Source: Phoronis australis | Lineage: Eukaryota; Animalia; Phoronida | Direction: 5' to 3' | Assembly (NCBI GenBank): GCA_002633005.1 | Contig: NMRA01000021.1 | Location: 1,618,119-1,682,118 of the forward strand | DNA: 64,000 nt | Shown here: positions 1 to 13,830 of the stretch, in pieces | How the letters are laid out: each line of letters opens with the position of its first letter | Position numbering within the stretch: the stretch's first letter is position 1 | Notes under the pieces: model-generated | The model's input: only the letters and a program-made list of their open reading frames with translations | Told to the model about the DNA's origin: nothing | Databases searched by the model: none | Program-made: the position numbers and the translations under genes

Positions 1-609
1 GTTCGGTTCTGCTAAAATAATCAAGAATTTTCTGATAGATCGTCTGAAAGGTATGTCATGTAATTAAAATTACTTGTTTTTCAAATTTCATCACACAATA
101 TCTTTGTAAATTCAAAATTTATTTCTTGCTGAAGTCAAACATATGGTAATACCTTTTCAGCTATTGTTTCTTTATTGTTTTGTGATGTCTATACGAAATG
201 TGCTGAGATGGGGTTGGTCGATCCTGTATTCTGAAGGACCTTTGATAGTCTCTAGTGCAAAGGAACTTTAGTTCGAAGGACTGTCAGTCTGAAAGTGATC
301 TGGGTGATGACATTACAACAGAGTTTATAGAAGACTGCTGTTTTTGTACATTTAAGCCCAGTTAAGAATTATTATGAATGCAAATGATAACGACTTTGTT
401 TTGAGGATGCACGCCTCTTTCGTCATTTTATCTAGTCATCCTAGCCCTGCCACCCACCATTCATGGTCATGGCAATATGGTTACCTGGCACTCTTTCATG
501 CTTGCTAATCAGACTTATTGCAAGATGTAATGCTCAGTTGGCCAATCAGACCAATGGCCCTTCCGCCCAAAGACACTTCAGAAAATCAAAAGGAAGGCAT
601 ACTCGGTTT

Positions 610-945
610 TGACTTATCACCAAATACAAAAACATCTTTACTATCCAGGAACAAAATAACGGCCTGTAACTCTCGACAACTCTGAAAAGTTCGAAAAATT
701 TTGAAACTCTTGAAAGTCAGCTAAACGGCCAAGCGCGACTACGCTTTAGAGAATTTCATGGCAACGGTGTGAAAAGACCGCCCACCAAGGACCAAAAGGC
801 GAGATAGGGGTGCAAGTTTTTAGCAATTCCAGCTCTTTCAAGATTGATGTCAATGATGCATGAGCAGATGACAGGAGCAGGGTTTGTTGAATTCATCAAA
901 ACATGGTTTAGTTTCCTTTTTAAGTGAAGTCAAATTTTCACAAAC
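610..945. repeat. Dispersed repeat, diverged copy of 19420-19780
   Basis: Colinear similarity by eye, e.g. gctaaacggccaagcgcgac vs gctaaacgggcaagcgtgac, cccaccaaggac, gaattcatcaaaaca. Family not identified. Confidence 0.7.
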
Positions 946-1883
946 AAACAAAGCTCAATTTTTCAGGTTAACACTCTTTAGAATAAAGGTCCTTTGGTCT
1001 TGAGACCAAAAACCTATAAAAAGGCCACTGCTCCTAAAACGTCTTTCCTACTAACTCCCCTTTGTACTATCGACCTGCGGGGATGCTAAAGGGGACACAC
1101 CTAACAGATTTGAACTACGAAGAAATCACAAAAGTATTGTTATTATTATAATTGTTAATGTTATATTATTGTTTGTGTAAAATAGTGTATTTTAGGATCC
1201 ACGTCTACGGTCTGAAGCTCCAGTGTTAGCTCCAGTCCTTAGTGCGACAACAAAAAAATGGTAGCTCTAATGTGCAAACTTCAAAGCTAAATTCATGCTC
1301 CAGTAGTGACAAATATTCACCATATGAACAAGACATACGCGTAAAGTATAACTAAAGATCTATGTGTGCAAGGATACCTGCCAAATTATTACAGTTCTAC
1401 TCTAATTAAATTGTGAAAAGTGTAAAAAATGAAACTAAGTAGATACCTGTCAGGCCTAAGTTTAATAAAATATACAAAAATGCCTGTAATTCCCTAAAAT
1501 TAAGTCTTGGACACTGTAACAAAAGCTGTTTTATGAGAGCTTTCACAATGCATTTATTATGGAAAAGAACATCCTGCCCAATCTTCAAACCTTTATCATA
1601 GGAAAATGTATGTTTAAAAACTTCAATTTTATTTTCAGGCGATACATTGAATTAATGTCAACAAGAGTATGAAGTCTGGAAAGTTTTAAGATAAAGGAAA
1701 AATTTCCAAACTATACAATGATGCTGAGAGTGATGATGACAATACAACAGTCTCCATCGAGGTGGGAAAATAGTCATTGGGATCTGTTTGTGATGCACAA
1801 AGTGATGATAGCAGGACATTTGATAATGGCGTAGCGAAGTTACCAGGATCTGCCCTGACTAATGATAGTGACAATGAATATTT

Positions 1884-2533
1884 NNNNNNNNNNNNNNNNN
1901 NNNNNNNNNNNNNNNNNNNNNNNNNNNNNNNNNNNNNNNNNNNNNNNNNNNNNNNNNNNNNNNNNNNNNNNNNNNNNNNNNNNNNNNNNNNNNNNNNNNN
2001 NNNNNNNNNNNNNNNNNNNNNNNNNNNNNNNNNNNNNNNNNNNNNNNNNNNNNNNNNNNNNNNNNNNNNNNNNNNNNNNNNNNNNNNNNNNNNNNNNNNN
2101 NNNNNNNNNNNNNNNNNNNNNNNNNNNNNNNNNNNNNNNNNNNNNNNNNNNNNNNNNNNNNNNNNNNNNNNNNNNNNNNNNNNNNNNNNNNNNNNNNNNN
2201 NNNNNNNNNNNNNNNNNNNNNNNNNNNNNNNNNNNNNNNNNNNNNNNNNNNNNNNNNNNNNNNNNNNNNNNNNNNNNNNNNNNNNNNNNNNNNNNNNNNN
2301 NNNNNNNNNNNNNNNNNNNNNNNNNNNNNNNNNNNNNNNNNNNNNNNNNNNNNNNNNNNNNNNNNNNNNNNNNNNNNNNNNNNNNNNNNNNNNNNNNNNN
2401 NNNNNNNNNNNNNNNNNNNNNNNNNNNNNNNNNNNNNNNNNNNNNNNNNNNNNNNNNNNNNNNNNNNNNNNNNNNNNNNNNNNNNNNNNNNNNNNNNNNN
2501 NNNNNNNNNNNNNNNNNNNNNNNNNNNNNNNNN
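1884..2533. other. Assembly gap (N run)
   Basis: Run of N; ORFs spanning it are artefacts. Confidence 1.
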
Positions 2534-2764
2534 ATATTGTATACACCAAACGGGACATATATACTTGCGGGCTATATATTGTACTGGGGCATATACCTAG
2601 TGAGGTATATATTATTGCGGGATATATATTGCTCCGGGGCATATACCCAACGGGGCATATATAGTTGCGGGCTATATATTTTATATATACCCCGGAACGA
2701 GGTCTCAAAATTTTACCCCGCTGCAAGGTTTCAAGTAATAACCCCACATCTGTATATAAACATG

Positions 2765-2808
<44 letters not shown>

Positions 2809-2903
2809 GTGTGTGTGCGTGCGTGTCCGTATAAAATACCCCACACCGTCACCCACACACACCGTCACCCACACACACCGTCACCCACACACGCACACAC
2901 ACA
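2534..2903. repeat. Minisatellite plus (TA)n, (TG)n and CACACCGTCACC repeats next to the gap
   Basis: Recurring gcgggctatatatt / ggggcatatatacc units, then (TA)n at about 2765-2805 and repeated cacaccgtcacccacaca. Confidence 0.85.
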
Positions 2904-5126
2904 GTAACCAGTTTCCTATTTAGAAATTTATACCGTCTATATTCGCCTTTCCCATGAAAAGATCGTTATTGGAGTTTTACAACTTTGCCATATCATAACA
3001 ATTGGTGCTTATCATCAAATGGAATTGAAGGGTCATTGACGGGAAACGCATCAAATTTCGTACGGATGTGTCAACTTGGTCAAAATGATTGGCTCGTTGA
3101 CACTTTTTACTAGCCTTACTCCCTGACTGAAAGGTCTGTTTGGATCTGGATATTCTGCTATGATGGTGAGAAAAGGTTTTAGATGTCGTAACCTGCTTTG
3201 ATTTACATTTGAAGTACGTGAGTTGAATAGATTAAGCAGTGTTTGCCTATTTACCACGTAAACCTTTATTTGTTAGAAAAATCGGAAAATTAAATTCTCT
3301 AGTTTACTTACTAATCTTTGGTCGATAGAGTGCGCAGTCAATGACCTGTCTCTTGAGCCCGCTGTCGCAGCGCTTACCTTCTATGAACACAACTTCTGTT
3401 GCATATAACCACATAAATTGTTTTTTTTTTTGAAAACTTTGCTCTCAAAATACACATTCAATCAAACCAATTTCGATCACTTGAGACAGTCGAAAATTTT
3501 CAAAAGTGAACACTACGTTGACATTGGAAGGACGAATAAAGTAATTCAGCCGAGAAAAACTTGTAAAGAATACAACAACAACAACAACAACAAAGAAAAT
3601 GTGGAGCTTCACGCAAGAATCATCTAAGATTGTTGGCATGCTCATACATGTAGCGTCTTCTCATTCAAGACGTTTTGGCTATGATCACGTGATCTGATAC
3701 TTAAACGCTTCGGCTAAGATATGTTTCTATCTTGCCAATAGGGCTGTCCCGGATAACACAGCAAGAGAACTCTCCTTTGTCCCGGAGACAAGAGAGTGCG
3801 TTGTTTTCATTGGTCTCTTTTTACAATGCCAGGCACCTTTTCACAGGTAAAGTCGAAAATCGTCGAAATTGACAAGGTATCTTCAAGAAAGGGGGCTTTA
3901 TTCGGCTCAAAATTAACCCGACAATTTTGCTGTATCCACTCGCTCCGCATTTTCTTGTCTTTGATCATGTTGATTGACGTCTGGAAGGCGAAGAACTCAA
4001 AGACACAGTTTGACACCAAAACAACTGCTTTTCAACACAAAGAATGGCACTATGAATCTGTTGCACAGGGCAGTTCTTGTCCGCACAGCGCCGTTAATTA
4101 GAGAGGCCTAGTAGTAATGATCTTATCCGACTTCAGCACAGTCAATATTGGCCTATCGCAAGCTCCGCCCCCTTGTCGACAAACAAACAGTACGTTTTAC
4201 CCGGCAACCTGTTGTTTGTCGGGTAAAATAGCGGCTTGGAAACAAAGGTGTGTCAAGAATGCTGCGTTCTGATTGGTCACTTAAGACGTCACTCAAAGTC
4301 CCCGCGATAGGTCAATTCTGAAAACAGCCTCCCGTTCAGTAACGCTAGGACCTCGCTAAAAAGCAAGACTTCGGGAGATACGTGAGATATTGCCGTGTGT
4401 TTTAAATAGGAACACGGGACTTTGACTAGGTTTTAGCTAGGTCCCAGCGTCTACTGAACGCACGCCAGGCTTATGCAGTTACATAACCGTCTGTGATGTC
4501 ACACCAGGGAAACAGCTGTGTTATTGCAAGAAGCTCACTAGTTATAGGCAGCCAACCCTACAAACTTTGCTTGGTTCATATAGTTCCTTACAATTCTATT
4601 TGTTGGTATAACTCAATTGTTTTTGCCAACGAAATGTAAAGACCAGTGTGTCAAAGATGATAACTTACAGGTGTGATTGTATGGCCTTGAAATACGAGTC
4701 GTATTGTGTGGTGTGATATGAGAGAACTACTTTTCTATATTTATTGGGCATTCAACACGGATTTTCCGTATTCAACGCGAGTTCAATACGGACGCCTTCT
4801 TTTTTGACAAAATACTCTATTTTGCACACAATAAACTACAATTACATGTAACATGTTTTTACATACGGTATCGTTTTGGGTTAGGCTACATGCGCAATCG
4901 ATATTTTCACATGTCGACAATATGACATGCGTTTTTAAAACTAAACAATGAAGTGAAATTAGAATATTGTTGACAAATTTTCTTAATATACCATGTAGTT
5001 TTGCACCTGAACAGAACACTTAATTTACAAAAAGTCTCGAACTTGCCCCCAATATATTTGGTGCATCTGGTTTATTTTTTCTGCGTTCAGAAACTGAAAA
5101 CTGATTGGGTTTATGGATTCTCTAAT

Positions 5127-6134
5127 CAGTGGCGGATCTAGGATATCACAAGGCGGCCCAACTTTTTGTCCGGCTGTAAGCATTTGCGCAAACTGAACCA
5201 CGATTGTAGATACGCATTGCACCGAAGTGGGGGGAGGTCGGGAGGTTTTTTTTCTTCTGTTTTTACCTTTACAAATCAAGCATTTTCCTTGATTCCTGTA
5301 GACAAAAGAGGAAAACATGAAAACAGAAACGGAGAACGTGTCGAACAGAAAACGCGGCCAGCACCTAAGCTTTAAACCCACGATCTGACGGATAGGAAGC
5401 GCGTGCGTTACCACTAGACCACCACAACTTCACTACAAGCCTCCACCACAACTTCACTACAAGCCTCTTTCTAAGAGACCTACTTATTTATAGTCCACAG
5501 CGTTTGCGCGCGAAACCTACTTCTTTTTGTAATGCCTATCACACGTTTTATATTTTGTGCCATAAATTCTTAACAAATTTGTTGTATTTAAAATAGTCTT
5601 CAAATGCCCAAAAGACCAAATCCGTTTTTCGTGTTGGCAATAATGACGGGATTGCTTTGGAAATCGTCTTAAGATAAGGTTTGCCAAAGAGAGTATTGCG
5701 AGTTTCTGAGTGATTCACTAAGGTTTCGATTAAACACATCTTACCAGCAGCTTCTGTTTTTCATAGTCACTCAGATTCCATTTTCTTTAAAAAATGAAGT
5801 AAATTTTCTTCATTGCACAGTGGAGCAGACGACGGAAACGGAGTCGTAGTGTGCAGCGCCACTGCCGGTCGCCTGGGATATCGCGGGAGAGCCTATACTT
5901 AGCCATAGTTCCGTTACGAATGCGCAATGTTCCATATTTGACACTTGAAATTGGATTTGAGCCCCCCTCACCCCCGCCCCAACACTAAAACTGCACACAT
6001 TTAAATCTTTTTTCATCCGTATAATTTTAATTACCGGGTTAATTAATAAACTCAACATTTCCCTACGCCCTTACTGTTTTATTTTTTGCGGCAGCCAAGG
6101 GGGGGGGGGCCGCCCCCCCCTAAATCCGCCTATG
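5127..6134. mobile_element. Non-autonomous TIR DNA element with 5-bp TSD (possibly hAT-related)
   Basis: Ends CAGTGGCGGATCTAGG ... CCTAAATCCGCCTATG form imperfect TIRs, flanked by CTAAT at 5122-5126 and 6135-6139. A related terminus lies at about 12020-12075. Confidence 0.7.
5370..5422 (-). mobile_element. Degenerate tRNA-derived SINE head
   Basis: Minus strand has A-box TGGTCTAGTGG and a decayed B-box (gggtttaaag); no full cloverleaf. Confidence 0.45.
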
Positions 6135-6397
6135 CTAATGGCATACGTCTCGTGATCTTAACACAGGTGAATGCGGTAAGAAGTTGCTGCTGAGAGCTAA
6201 TTCAGAAAATCTGCTCCCAGTCTTGCGAAGGAAGGTCTGCAAAACCTCAATATTGACATTTCTTAATACGGACGGCTCTTGCATGTTCACCCTCGGCTTG
6301 CATAGCACGTGTCTCGATATAAAAAGCCACAGTTATCATCACGTACGATTTATAACATGTATGGAAATCCGTAGTAACAGATTAGCAATCCGTAATT

Positions 6398-7780
6398 TCC
6401 CTCATGAAAAAACTGGAGGAAATTCTCATCCTGAAAGTCCGATGAAAATCTCACTGGATTCCAGTAAGATTCCAATGAGAATCAAACTAATTAAGATGCC
6501 ACTCAAATTAGTGAGAAAAAGTCTCACTCTAGTCAGAATATCGTGATATTCCAGTGACAATTGAGTGAGAATCTAACGAATTTGCATAGCATTCCCACTC
6601 AGCGAGAATTTGCCGCACTGAAAATCCTACTGGGTGAGAATTTTGAAATTAGAATATTTTGTGTGCACATTTTATATAGCCATTGGCTGAACAGATGAGA
6701 GTTCATAGCCCTATTGGTAACCAAAAACGCTGCTAATTTTTGTGAATTTATCTTGAAATTTGACTATAGGCATTAATTGCAAATTATGAAATAAAGCAGA
6801 CTTAAACTGGCAATTTTAATGCTTTTGGTGAATTAGCAAAATACTAAAAACTCAGCTGTGAATACAGAATAAAGACATCAGTCTAACACTGGTGCTTCAT
6901 GCACTCTACTGGGTGTATCATGGAATGTACTAACCTTAAGCTTGTTAACACACAAATTCAGTTCAGGATACCTTCTGGTTGACAGTTCAGTAATTTCACA
7001 ATTGTGAGAAAAACGTCAACAATCTTCACGTTATTCCTCTACTTCATATCAACTGTTCATTCCTGGTGCCATTTTAGTTTGAATTCAGAAAAATGTTTCA
7101 ACTGAAATTTCCACAGGAACAGCCAGTGAGCGTGTTTATCTTAAATTCTCACTGAATTCTCACTCCAACTTTTGCAAGTCCAAATTCTCACTCAGAAATT
7201 TGCTAAGTCTGAAACTGTTTTCTCGTCTAAGAGAAAGAAGGCGACACGGTCACGACTTTAGGGCCTCGAAGAAAATGGCCGATGTTTTCATATGTCTTGC
7301 AAAAACTCTGCCTATGGATTGGAAACGAGTTTTAAATGTGAGTACAGTTGAGTATTTGTGAGGATTTAATCATGTTTACTACATCACATAGTCAGTTCTG
7401 AAAAGAAAAGGTAGGTACACAAACAAACCGGCTTAGTGCTTACGTTCACGACTTTAGGTCCTCAGTGTGGATAATGCAGAGTAAAACAAGATGAGGATTG
7501 AGAATGTTATTTACTATGATGTAAGTAGAAGAACTATATATGACTCTGCACTCTGCAAGATGGGCATGGAAAAAAACGCCATAATGGCAGTATGAGACCA
7601 CTGACATGGCCCATCCAAGTTTTTTCTCACTATTTTCACACTGACTGCACCAGCTGTTCAATTCCCACTAGGTTCTCAATGGCATTTCGAACTACCGTAT
7701 AATGGGTGATTTAGTGAGACTCAAACTGGAATCTGATCACTGGAATCCAATGAGATTCTCACTTTCTTTTTCATATGGGT
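6398..7780. mobile_element. Non-autonomous TIR element (~1.4 kb) with internal TCTCACT/AGTGAGA sub-repeats
   Basis: ccctcatgaaaaa...tctcactggattccagt at the left end is inverted as actggaatccaatgaga...tttttcatatggg at the right end. Confidence 0.6.
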
Positions 7781-8073
7781 ACAAATTGGCAAACCCTTAC
7801 AGATTGGCAGTCTGTAACATAACAGCTGGTTGGCAATCCGTAATACATTGGCGGGCTTTTGTCATTGTGCTTTGCCAGACCACAGGCACCTTTCACCAGC
7901 TGGTGAGAGTGCCTGTGGTCATACCTGGTGGCGGCACTGTAATGACTGACAACGGTTATTTTCTTCAATATTGAAAACAGTTCAAACTATTCTTACCCTT
8001 ATCGCTGTCCATTTCCGACGAGTGTTGCAGCAGTTCTCATTTATCCAGCACTCAAGCTATATATGTTGCTCAT

Positions 8074-8130
8074 TGGTCAACGCCACAGGCGCTTGGGTTT
8101 ATCGCAAATGACGTCACAATATATATATAT

Positions 8131-8175
<45 letters not shown>

Positions 8176-8217
8176 GACGTCATTTGCGATAAACCCAAGC
8201 GCCTGTGGTCAACGCCA
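8074..8217. repeat. Perfect inverted repeat around an (AT)n core, flanked by a 12-bp direct repeat
   Basis: caggcgcttgggtttatcgcaaatgacgtcacaat-(AT)n-attgtgacgtcatttgcgataaacccaagcgcctg, with tggtcaacgcca on both sides. Confidence 0.9.
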
Positions 8218-8959
8218 GGAATTAACATGCACTACTGCGCATGCGCTAAATCTTTCCATAAGAAATACACAAGAACAGCATTTCTTCGAAAGCCAACACT
8301 GTGTGTATTATCATTTTGCGCGGTAGACGGCGCTTTTGTAAACATGGTGGCTAGCGATTTCTGGTTCAGGCAGTAGGCCTATCGCGTTTTTGAATCAATG
8401 TAAATGTTACTGAACAACTGTTGTAAATGCCGACTCAGATCAATATCCGAACCTGGAATCTAACCTGGGCCAGCCATGTACGCCTGCACGATGATACTTG
8501 CTTAAAACTTGAGTTAAAAGGGGTTTGAATTGAACTGTAAATTTCATGTTGCATGGTGATTTTCGACACATCACTGTGACTGTGCCGTGGCCGCTTGGAC
8601 TTCGACTTCAGAGTTCTGAGTCTTATCACACCTAACTACTTTGGAAACAAGTCGGATATAATATTCCCTGGTTTTGAGAATGACGCTATCAATATGTTGT
8701 AATAACTTCAGTGCAGGTTCACTAGTTGGGATTCGGGCTGTTAGTGTTAGCCAGATGGAACTCACCAGTGACTGCAATGCCTACTGACCAGGCGAATACA
8801 TGTGTTGTTGGTCACTTTACACTAGGGAAAAATGGGGAAAAAAACAACAGGACAAGGACATGGTCAAAAAAGTTGATGAAAATGAATGTAACAACTGAAT
8901 AACATTCCTGTTATTCAGGAATAACATGCCTGTTATTCAGTAGATTAGATAGTGACCAC

Positions 8960-9300
8960 CGTCTCTAGCTGGCTCCAGTAGAGACAGTGAAGCTCCTCTA
9001 GGAGCTTCATACATTGATAGATTTTCGGTGACTTCACACTGATCAAAACATGAAAGTCATGTTGTGTAAGTACCCCTTGCTTATAGAGGGACACCTTAGG
9101 TACCTACTGATGTCTTTAATTTCTTCCAACTCAAACAAATACTCCTATAATGTAAATTTTTCTTCAATCAGTCCTTGGTTCAGTTGCCCAAATTGTCAAC
9201 TGGCCAGTTTTACACTGCGCACCTACCTATTTTTACCGCGCCCGCCAGTGTAAGGCATAATTCGCCTTAAATCTTCCGGCGTATGTTACTATCAGTGGAT
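8960..9300. repeat. Diverged copy of the foldback element in SELENOW intron 1
   Basis: Shares gaagctcct.taggagcttc, aaagtca.gttg, agagggacaccttagg and tttaatt.cttccaact with 24700-25440. Confidence 0.7.
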
Positions 9301-11075
9301 GAAAGTTGTTATCCGTATCAGGGACCATAATATCCGAGCAGAGTCATATTTTGTAATTCTGTAATTACAGAATTTCTGCAAAATTTTGATTAAACATATT
9401 TCCCATCTGCAGTACTAAAATTGATCAGCTTGATTAAAATTTTCAGTACAGCCGTAAGTCAACTCACTTGAACACAGATAATTCTAGGAGGCACATCAGT
9501 CATGCTAGTAAAAATTGAAAGCCTTTGCTGTTTACGTATATTTAATTTCAGATGGTGAACTATACTCCACTGAAAAAGGCAAAGTCAAAGACATGCATAT
9601 TATGTAACAAACTGTTATACTCCGACTCACGCACACATTTTCGTTAAAAAATGTTGCATTAAAGCAGAGGTACTTGGATTTTTTTGAACTCATTTACATT
9701 CAATTCAACAATGATTTGCTGGACACTAGGCCTGTGTTTATCTGCAGCACATGCGTTTCGTTTTGTTCCAAACTCACACAGCTGCAGTAATCAGCAAGAA
9801 TGGATGTCAGCATTCTCATTGCTCAGTCTGAAGATCGACAGAAACATGCACCAATTAATTTGCCATCTGTTTCTAAGAAGCCAACAGGAGCAAAGAGATT
9901 GTTAAATTTTGAGTCCGTGTTAGTTGACCATGGGTATTCAGTGTCTGAAGATTATCAACAATCAAACCCTTTCCTGTCAAACGTGTCTAAAGATTCAACT
10001 GAGCAACTTGATGGGAAACTGTTGTTTAAAATCAGTACACCTGTGGATGATTTTTGCAAGACTTCAGAAAAAGGTGTGCGTAGACTTCCCATGAGGGACC
10101 TGGATGAGAAGCTGCTTCTTTGGAAAATTGTGAAAGAAGTGGAAAAGCGTCCTTATGGGCTACCACTTCTGTGTGTCATTCACTTCATATTGCTGTGACT
10201 AAGAATGACTTCATTGTAGCAATAATGTATGGGATACTTGTAGATGTTTGCCAAAAATCCTCATCATGCTGACAATGGTGTATGTTTGAACATATTTCAG
10301 ATGGATCACATTTATAGCTTATAATTGTTTTTAACATATATTTTTAGCAAAGGTGACATAGTTGATGACAGCAATTAGGTCGTTGATATATTCCATTAAA
10401 AATTCTCCAGATTGAGACAGCCTCCTAAATTCAGAACACAGAAATCACGGTTGAAATTTAATTTTTTCGTCCTGAAATTTGAGGCGTGAATGATGTGTAT
10501 ATTTTCGTACTTTTCAAATTCCTAAAGCTATGTTGTAGCATAGCAGGTTGCAAGTATACTCCTGTAAGTTCATAAAAAGTGACTCTCGTGACAAACATTT
10601 AATAAATTGTCACCATTCCCCTTGAATTTCTGACACACTATTGTATGAATTTCTAAAAATTGGGACAAGCTCCGACTTTGATCAAAATAATTATTCACTG
10701 TCACAAACTAGAGAATTTTTGCATAATTAATTTTTGAAATTCAGTATGTAGAACTGTAAAACTGATGGATGACTGTTCTTGTTTATAAGAGGATCTGCTT
10801 TAAGAAAAATGGTTGTAAAAGTGATGACAATTTATTGTTTACTTTTTGATATTTCGTGATGGTGTGGTAGTTTACACCATCTTTAAAAACGTCAGTGACG
10901 AAAGGTAGAAATCATAAGTGACAACAGATATCAATAGTCCATTTCAGTTAATGACTCTGAAGCAGATAATAGTGGCAGTACCCCTGTGGTTAAAGAGTCT
11001 TGACATAATGCTTTCGATTTAAAAATTGTGAGGGACTTTCTGATATGTAAGCTATGAGTGTTTTTTTTTCACAAG

Positions 11076-11111
<36 letters not shown>

Positions 11112-12253
11112 AAATCATTGGCATAGTGAGTTAGCCACTGAATGACCTCAGTGCTTAATATGCTTAAAGGGCTTGTGATCATTTAGTTGGTTAGACTGGT
11201 ACATACCAAGGGAACTTGTGCCATGTGATAAAACGTTATTGTTTACATATGTTTTGGAAAAAACAAATGGTTTAAGGAGATAATGAAACGTTACAATTCT
11301 GTCTTTAGCATCTAAGGTCAATGCATAATACAGAATTCTTTTACATAAACATTTAAAATGTTATAGATTTTGGATTTCCTATATATAGTAAAGGTTAAGA
11401 ATACATGCCTACATGATGTTCTCTGCACACTTGTTGCTTTGATAACACTGTCACTGATGGTGTTACTCTATCAAAAATTAAAGGGCAATGTGACAGTAAA
11501 ATCACCCATGAAAATCTTATTTAAATGAGTCAGATGTGGATTTCCGACTCTGTCCCAATTTTTGTACTTCAGGGTGATCTAAAAGGGCTGTTGGGTTCCT
11601 TGTTAATTCCAGGTTGTCGTGTCTCGTGGGAGGCATATTTTATTAGTGCATCTGCATTGAATAAATTTATGTTTTTGATTATTTTTGGCAGCTTTCCCAG
11701 ATTTTCGTAAAACTTCCAGTCTCAGATTTGGAAATTCTGGGTATTAGAAAAGGCATAAAATTTGGTGCTGTAAAACCTGTTGTGATACGAATAGATGTTA
11801 TTGAAAGTATATTTGTCTGCATTAAACTCACCATTCTAACACAATGTGTCCTTTGTTGATTACCACAATTGCCACGTTGGAAGCTAATTCCATGTTTTAG
11901 GAGCTAATACCTTGTTTTGCAAGCGTTTCACACCATCACTTGTTGATGTCAGAGCCTCAGGGTTAGCATACATGTAAACTAGGTGATAATTTCCTTTAAT
12001 TGTATCACTAATTGGAACACGTAGGCGGATTTAGAGGGGGGGGGGGCAGGAGCTGCCGCAAGCAAAATGGAACAGCAACAGCGCGAAGCGTGAGGAAATA
12101 TAACTAGGACCGGTACTGGAGAAGGGGGGGGGGGAGACCCCAGATCGTGGCGGGCTCTCTTTAATGTTTCTTTATTTTTTTAAATTTCATTTAGTCGATA
12201 GATTTCCCGAACAGAAGGTTCATACAGCGGACCCCCGCAACTTTCGGGATGCC

Positions 12254-13830
12254 TGTACACACACAACCATGCTCTGCTGCCCAATTCCCCGAGGCAACAT
12301 GTTGGGGGCCCCCCGGGGCCGAGGCTGCAGACTTCGTGATTACTTCTTGGGGCGTGTGATCAGACTCCAAAGTAAACGGACTTCCATGTATGTATGTGTG
12401 GAATCGTCGGCACCAAAAACACATGCTAACAATTTGTGCTCAATGTTAGCATATCGCTGTTCAGTTGGCGTGCTTTTGGAGGCAAAGGCTATCGGTTTAC
12501 CATCCTGTATGAGGGCAGCTCCCAAGGATGTCTGCGAAGCATCGACTTGGATTGTAGTTCCTATGGATTGAAATATCGTACGCTACTAGCAGGTTGGATG
12601 CGGGACTTCAGTTTGTCAAAAGCCTGTTGGTGTTCTGGGCACGACTGATAATCGGCATCTTTTTTCAGGAGCTGTCGTAGTGGTCCTGTTGTGTTGCTCA
12701 GCTTAGGAGCATATAATGCCAAGTACGTAACCATTCCAAGAAATGACTGTAGTTCAGTGACGCTGGAAGGTTCTTTAAGTTCGACAGTTGCTTGTGCACT
12801 AGCTCTTGGGGTCTGGTCGAACACCATCTTTGGAGTAAATGTTTCCTAAGAAGGAGATTTCAGGAACCTTGATGATGCACTTGCTTGGATTGAACGCAAG
12901 GCCCATCTTGCATCAGCGCATGAAGATTGTCCTCGTACTCTTGATCAGTGCTGCCAAATACTGTGATGTCGTCCGCTATAGATATGACGCCCTGTAAACC
13001 TGTAAGTATTTCGTCCATGGCTGCTTGGAACTGATCGTGGCTTGTTCGCAATACAAATGGAAGTCGCTGGAAACAAAAGCGGCCAAATGGGTTGTTAAAT
13101 GTGGAAAGGAGCTGGCTCTCTGCATCGACTTGGACAGACCAGTACCCAGATTTGGCATCGAGCTTGGAAAACAGTTGCGCTTGCGAGTTTTTGCGTTGTT
13201 TCTTCCAAGGTAGGGATAAAATGCTGTCCCAGTTTTAAAGCTAAGTTCAGGTCCTTGGGGCGAGACATATACGCAAACTACCATCTACTTTTTGGACGTA
13301 TGTGATGCAAGATACCAAGTCAGTGGGCTCATCTATCTTCTAAATGACACCGAGGGTCTACATCCGGTTTAATTCTGCCTTGATTTTATCTCTTAGCAGC
13401 ACACTGAGTGGCGCTCGTCTGGGTGAGTGTTTCGGTTTAGCATTGTCAATGAGGGCTTACATGGTTTTGCAAACTTCCCTATCCCGTCAAATCTGTCAGG
13501 GTGACACCGTCTGAGGTCTTCGTTACTGCTGATGATCTGTCTTCGCGGCGTAGACTGTACTGAACAATTGACTGTGATGAGGCCAAGGGTTTGGCACAAC
13601 TGTTTACCAAACAAAATTGGTCCTTTCACTATGACAGTCCTGTCCTTCACTGAGACGAAAAATGGGATCTCTAGCACAATTATGATAGGCTAACAAGGTC
13701 ACCTAAGCAGTAAATCTCGAGCGGTAAGCCGGAGCAAGAAACTTGTGTCACAATGGTGATAGCGCTTGAAAACTCAATTTACTGGGCCTCAGAAAATCTC
13801 GAATAACTCGATAACGGCAAGACCTAGAGA
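12254..13830 (-). mobile_element. Ty3/Gypsy LTR retrotransposon pol relic (RT-RNase H), frameshifted
   Basis: Minus-strand fragments: PDRFDGIGKF, PKDLN, ISIADDITVFG (RT catalytic motif), ELQSFLGMVTYLA, GAALIQDGKPIAFASKS, YIHGSPFTLESDH. Many frameshifts; no LTRs found. Confidence 0.92.

Noticed and set aside
1686-2923. Long ORFs of 295-390 aa
   Set aside because: They span the N gap and microsatellites.
9684-10198. Overlapping ORFs with some coding-like composition
   Set aside because: No recognisable motif and no consistent exon chain.
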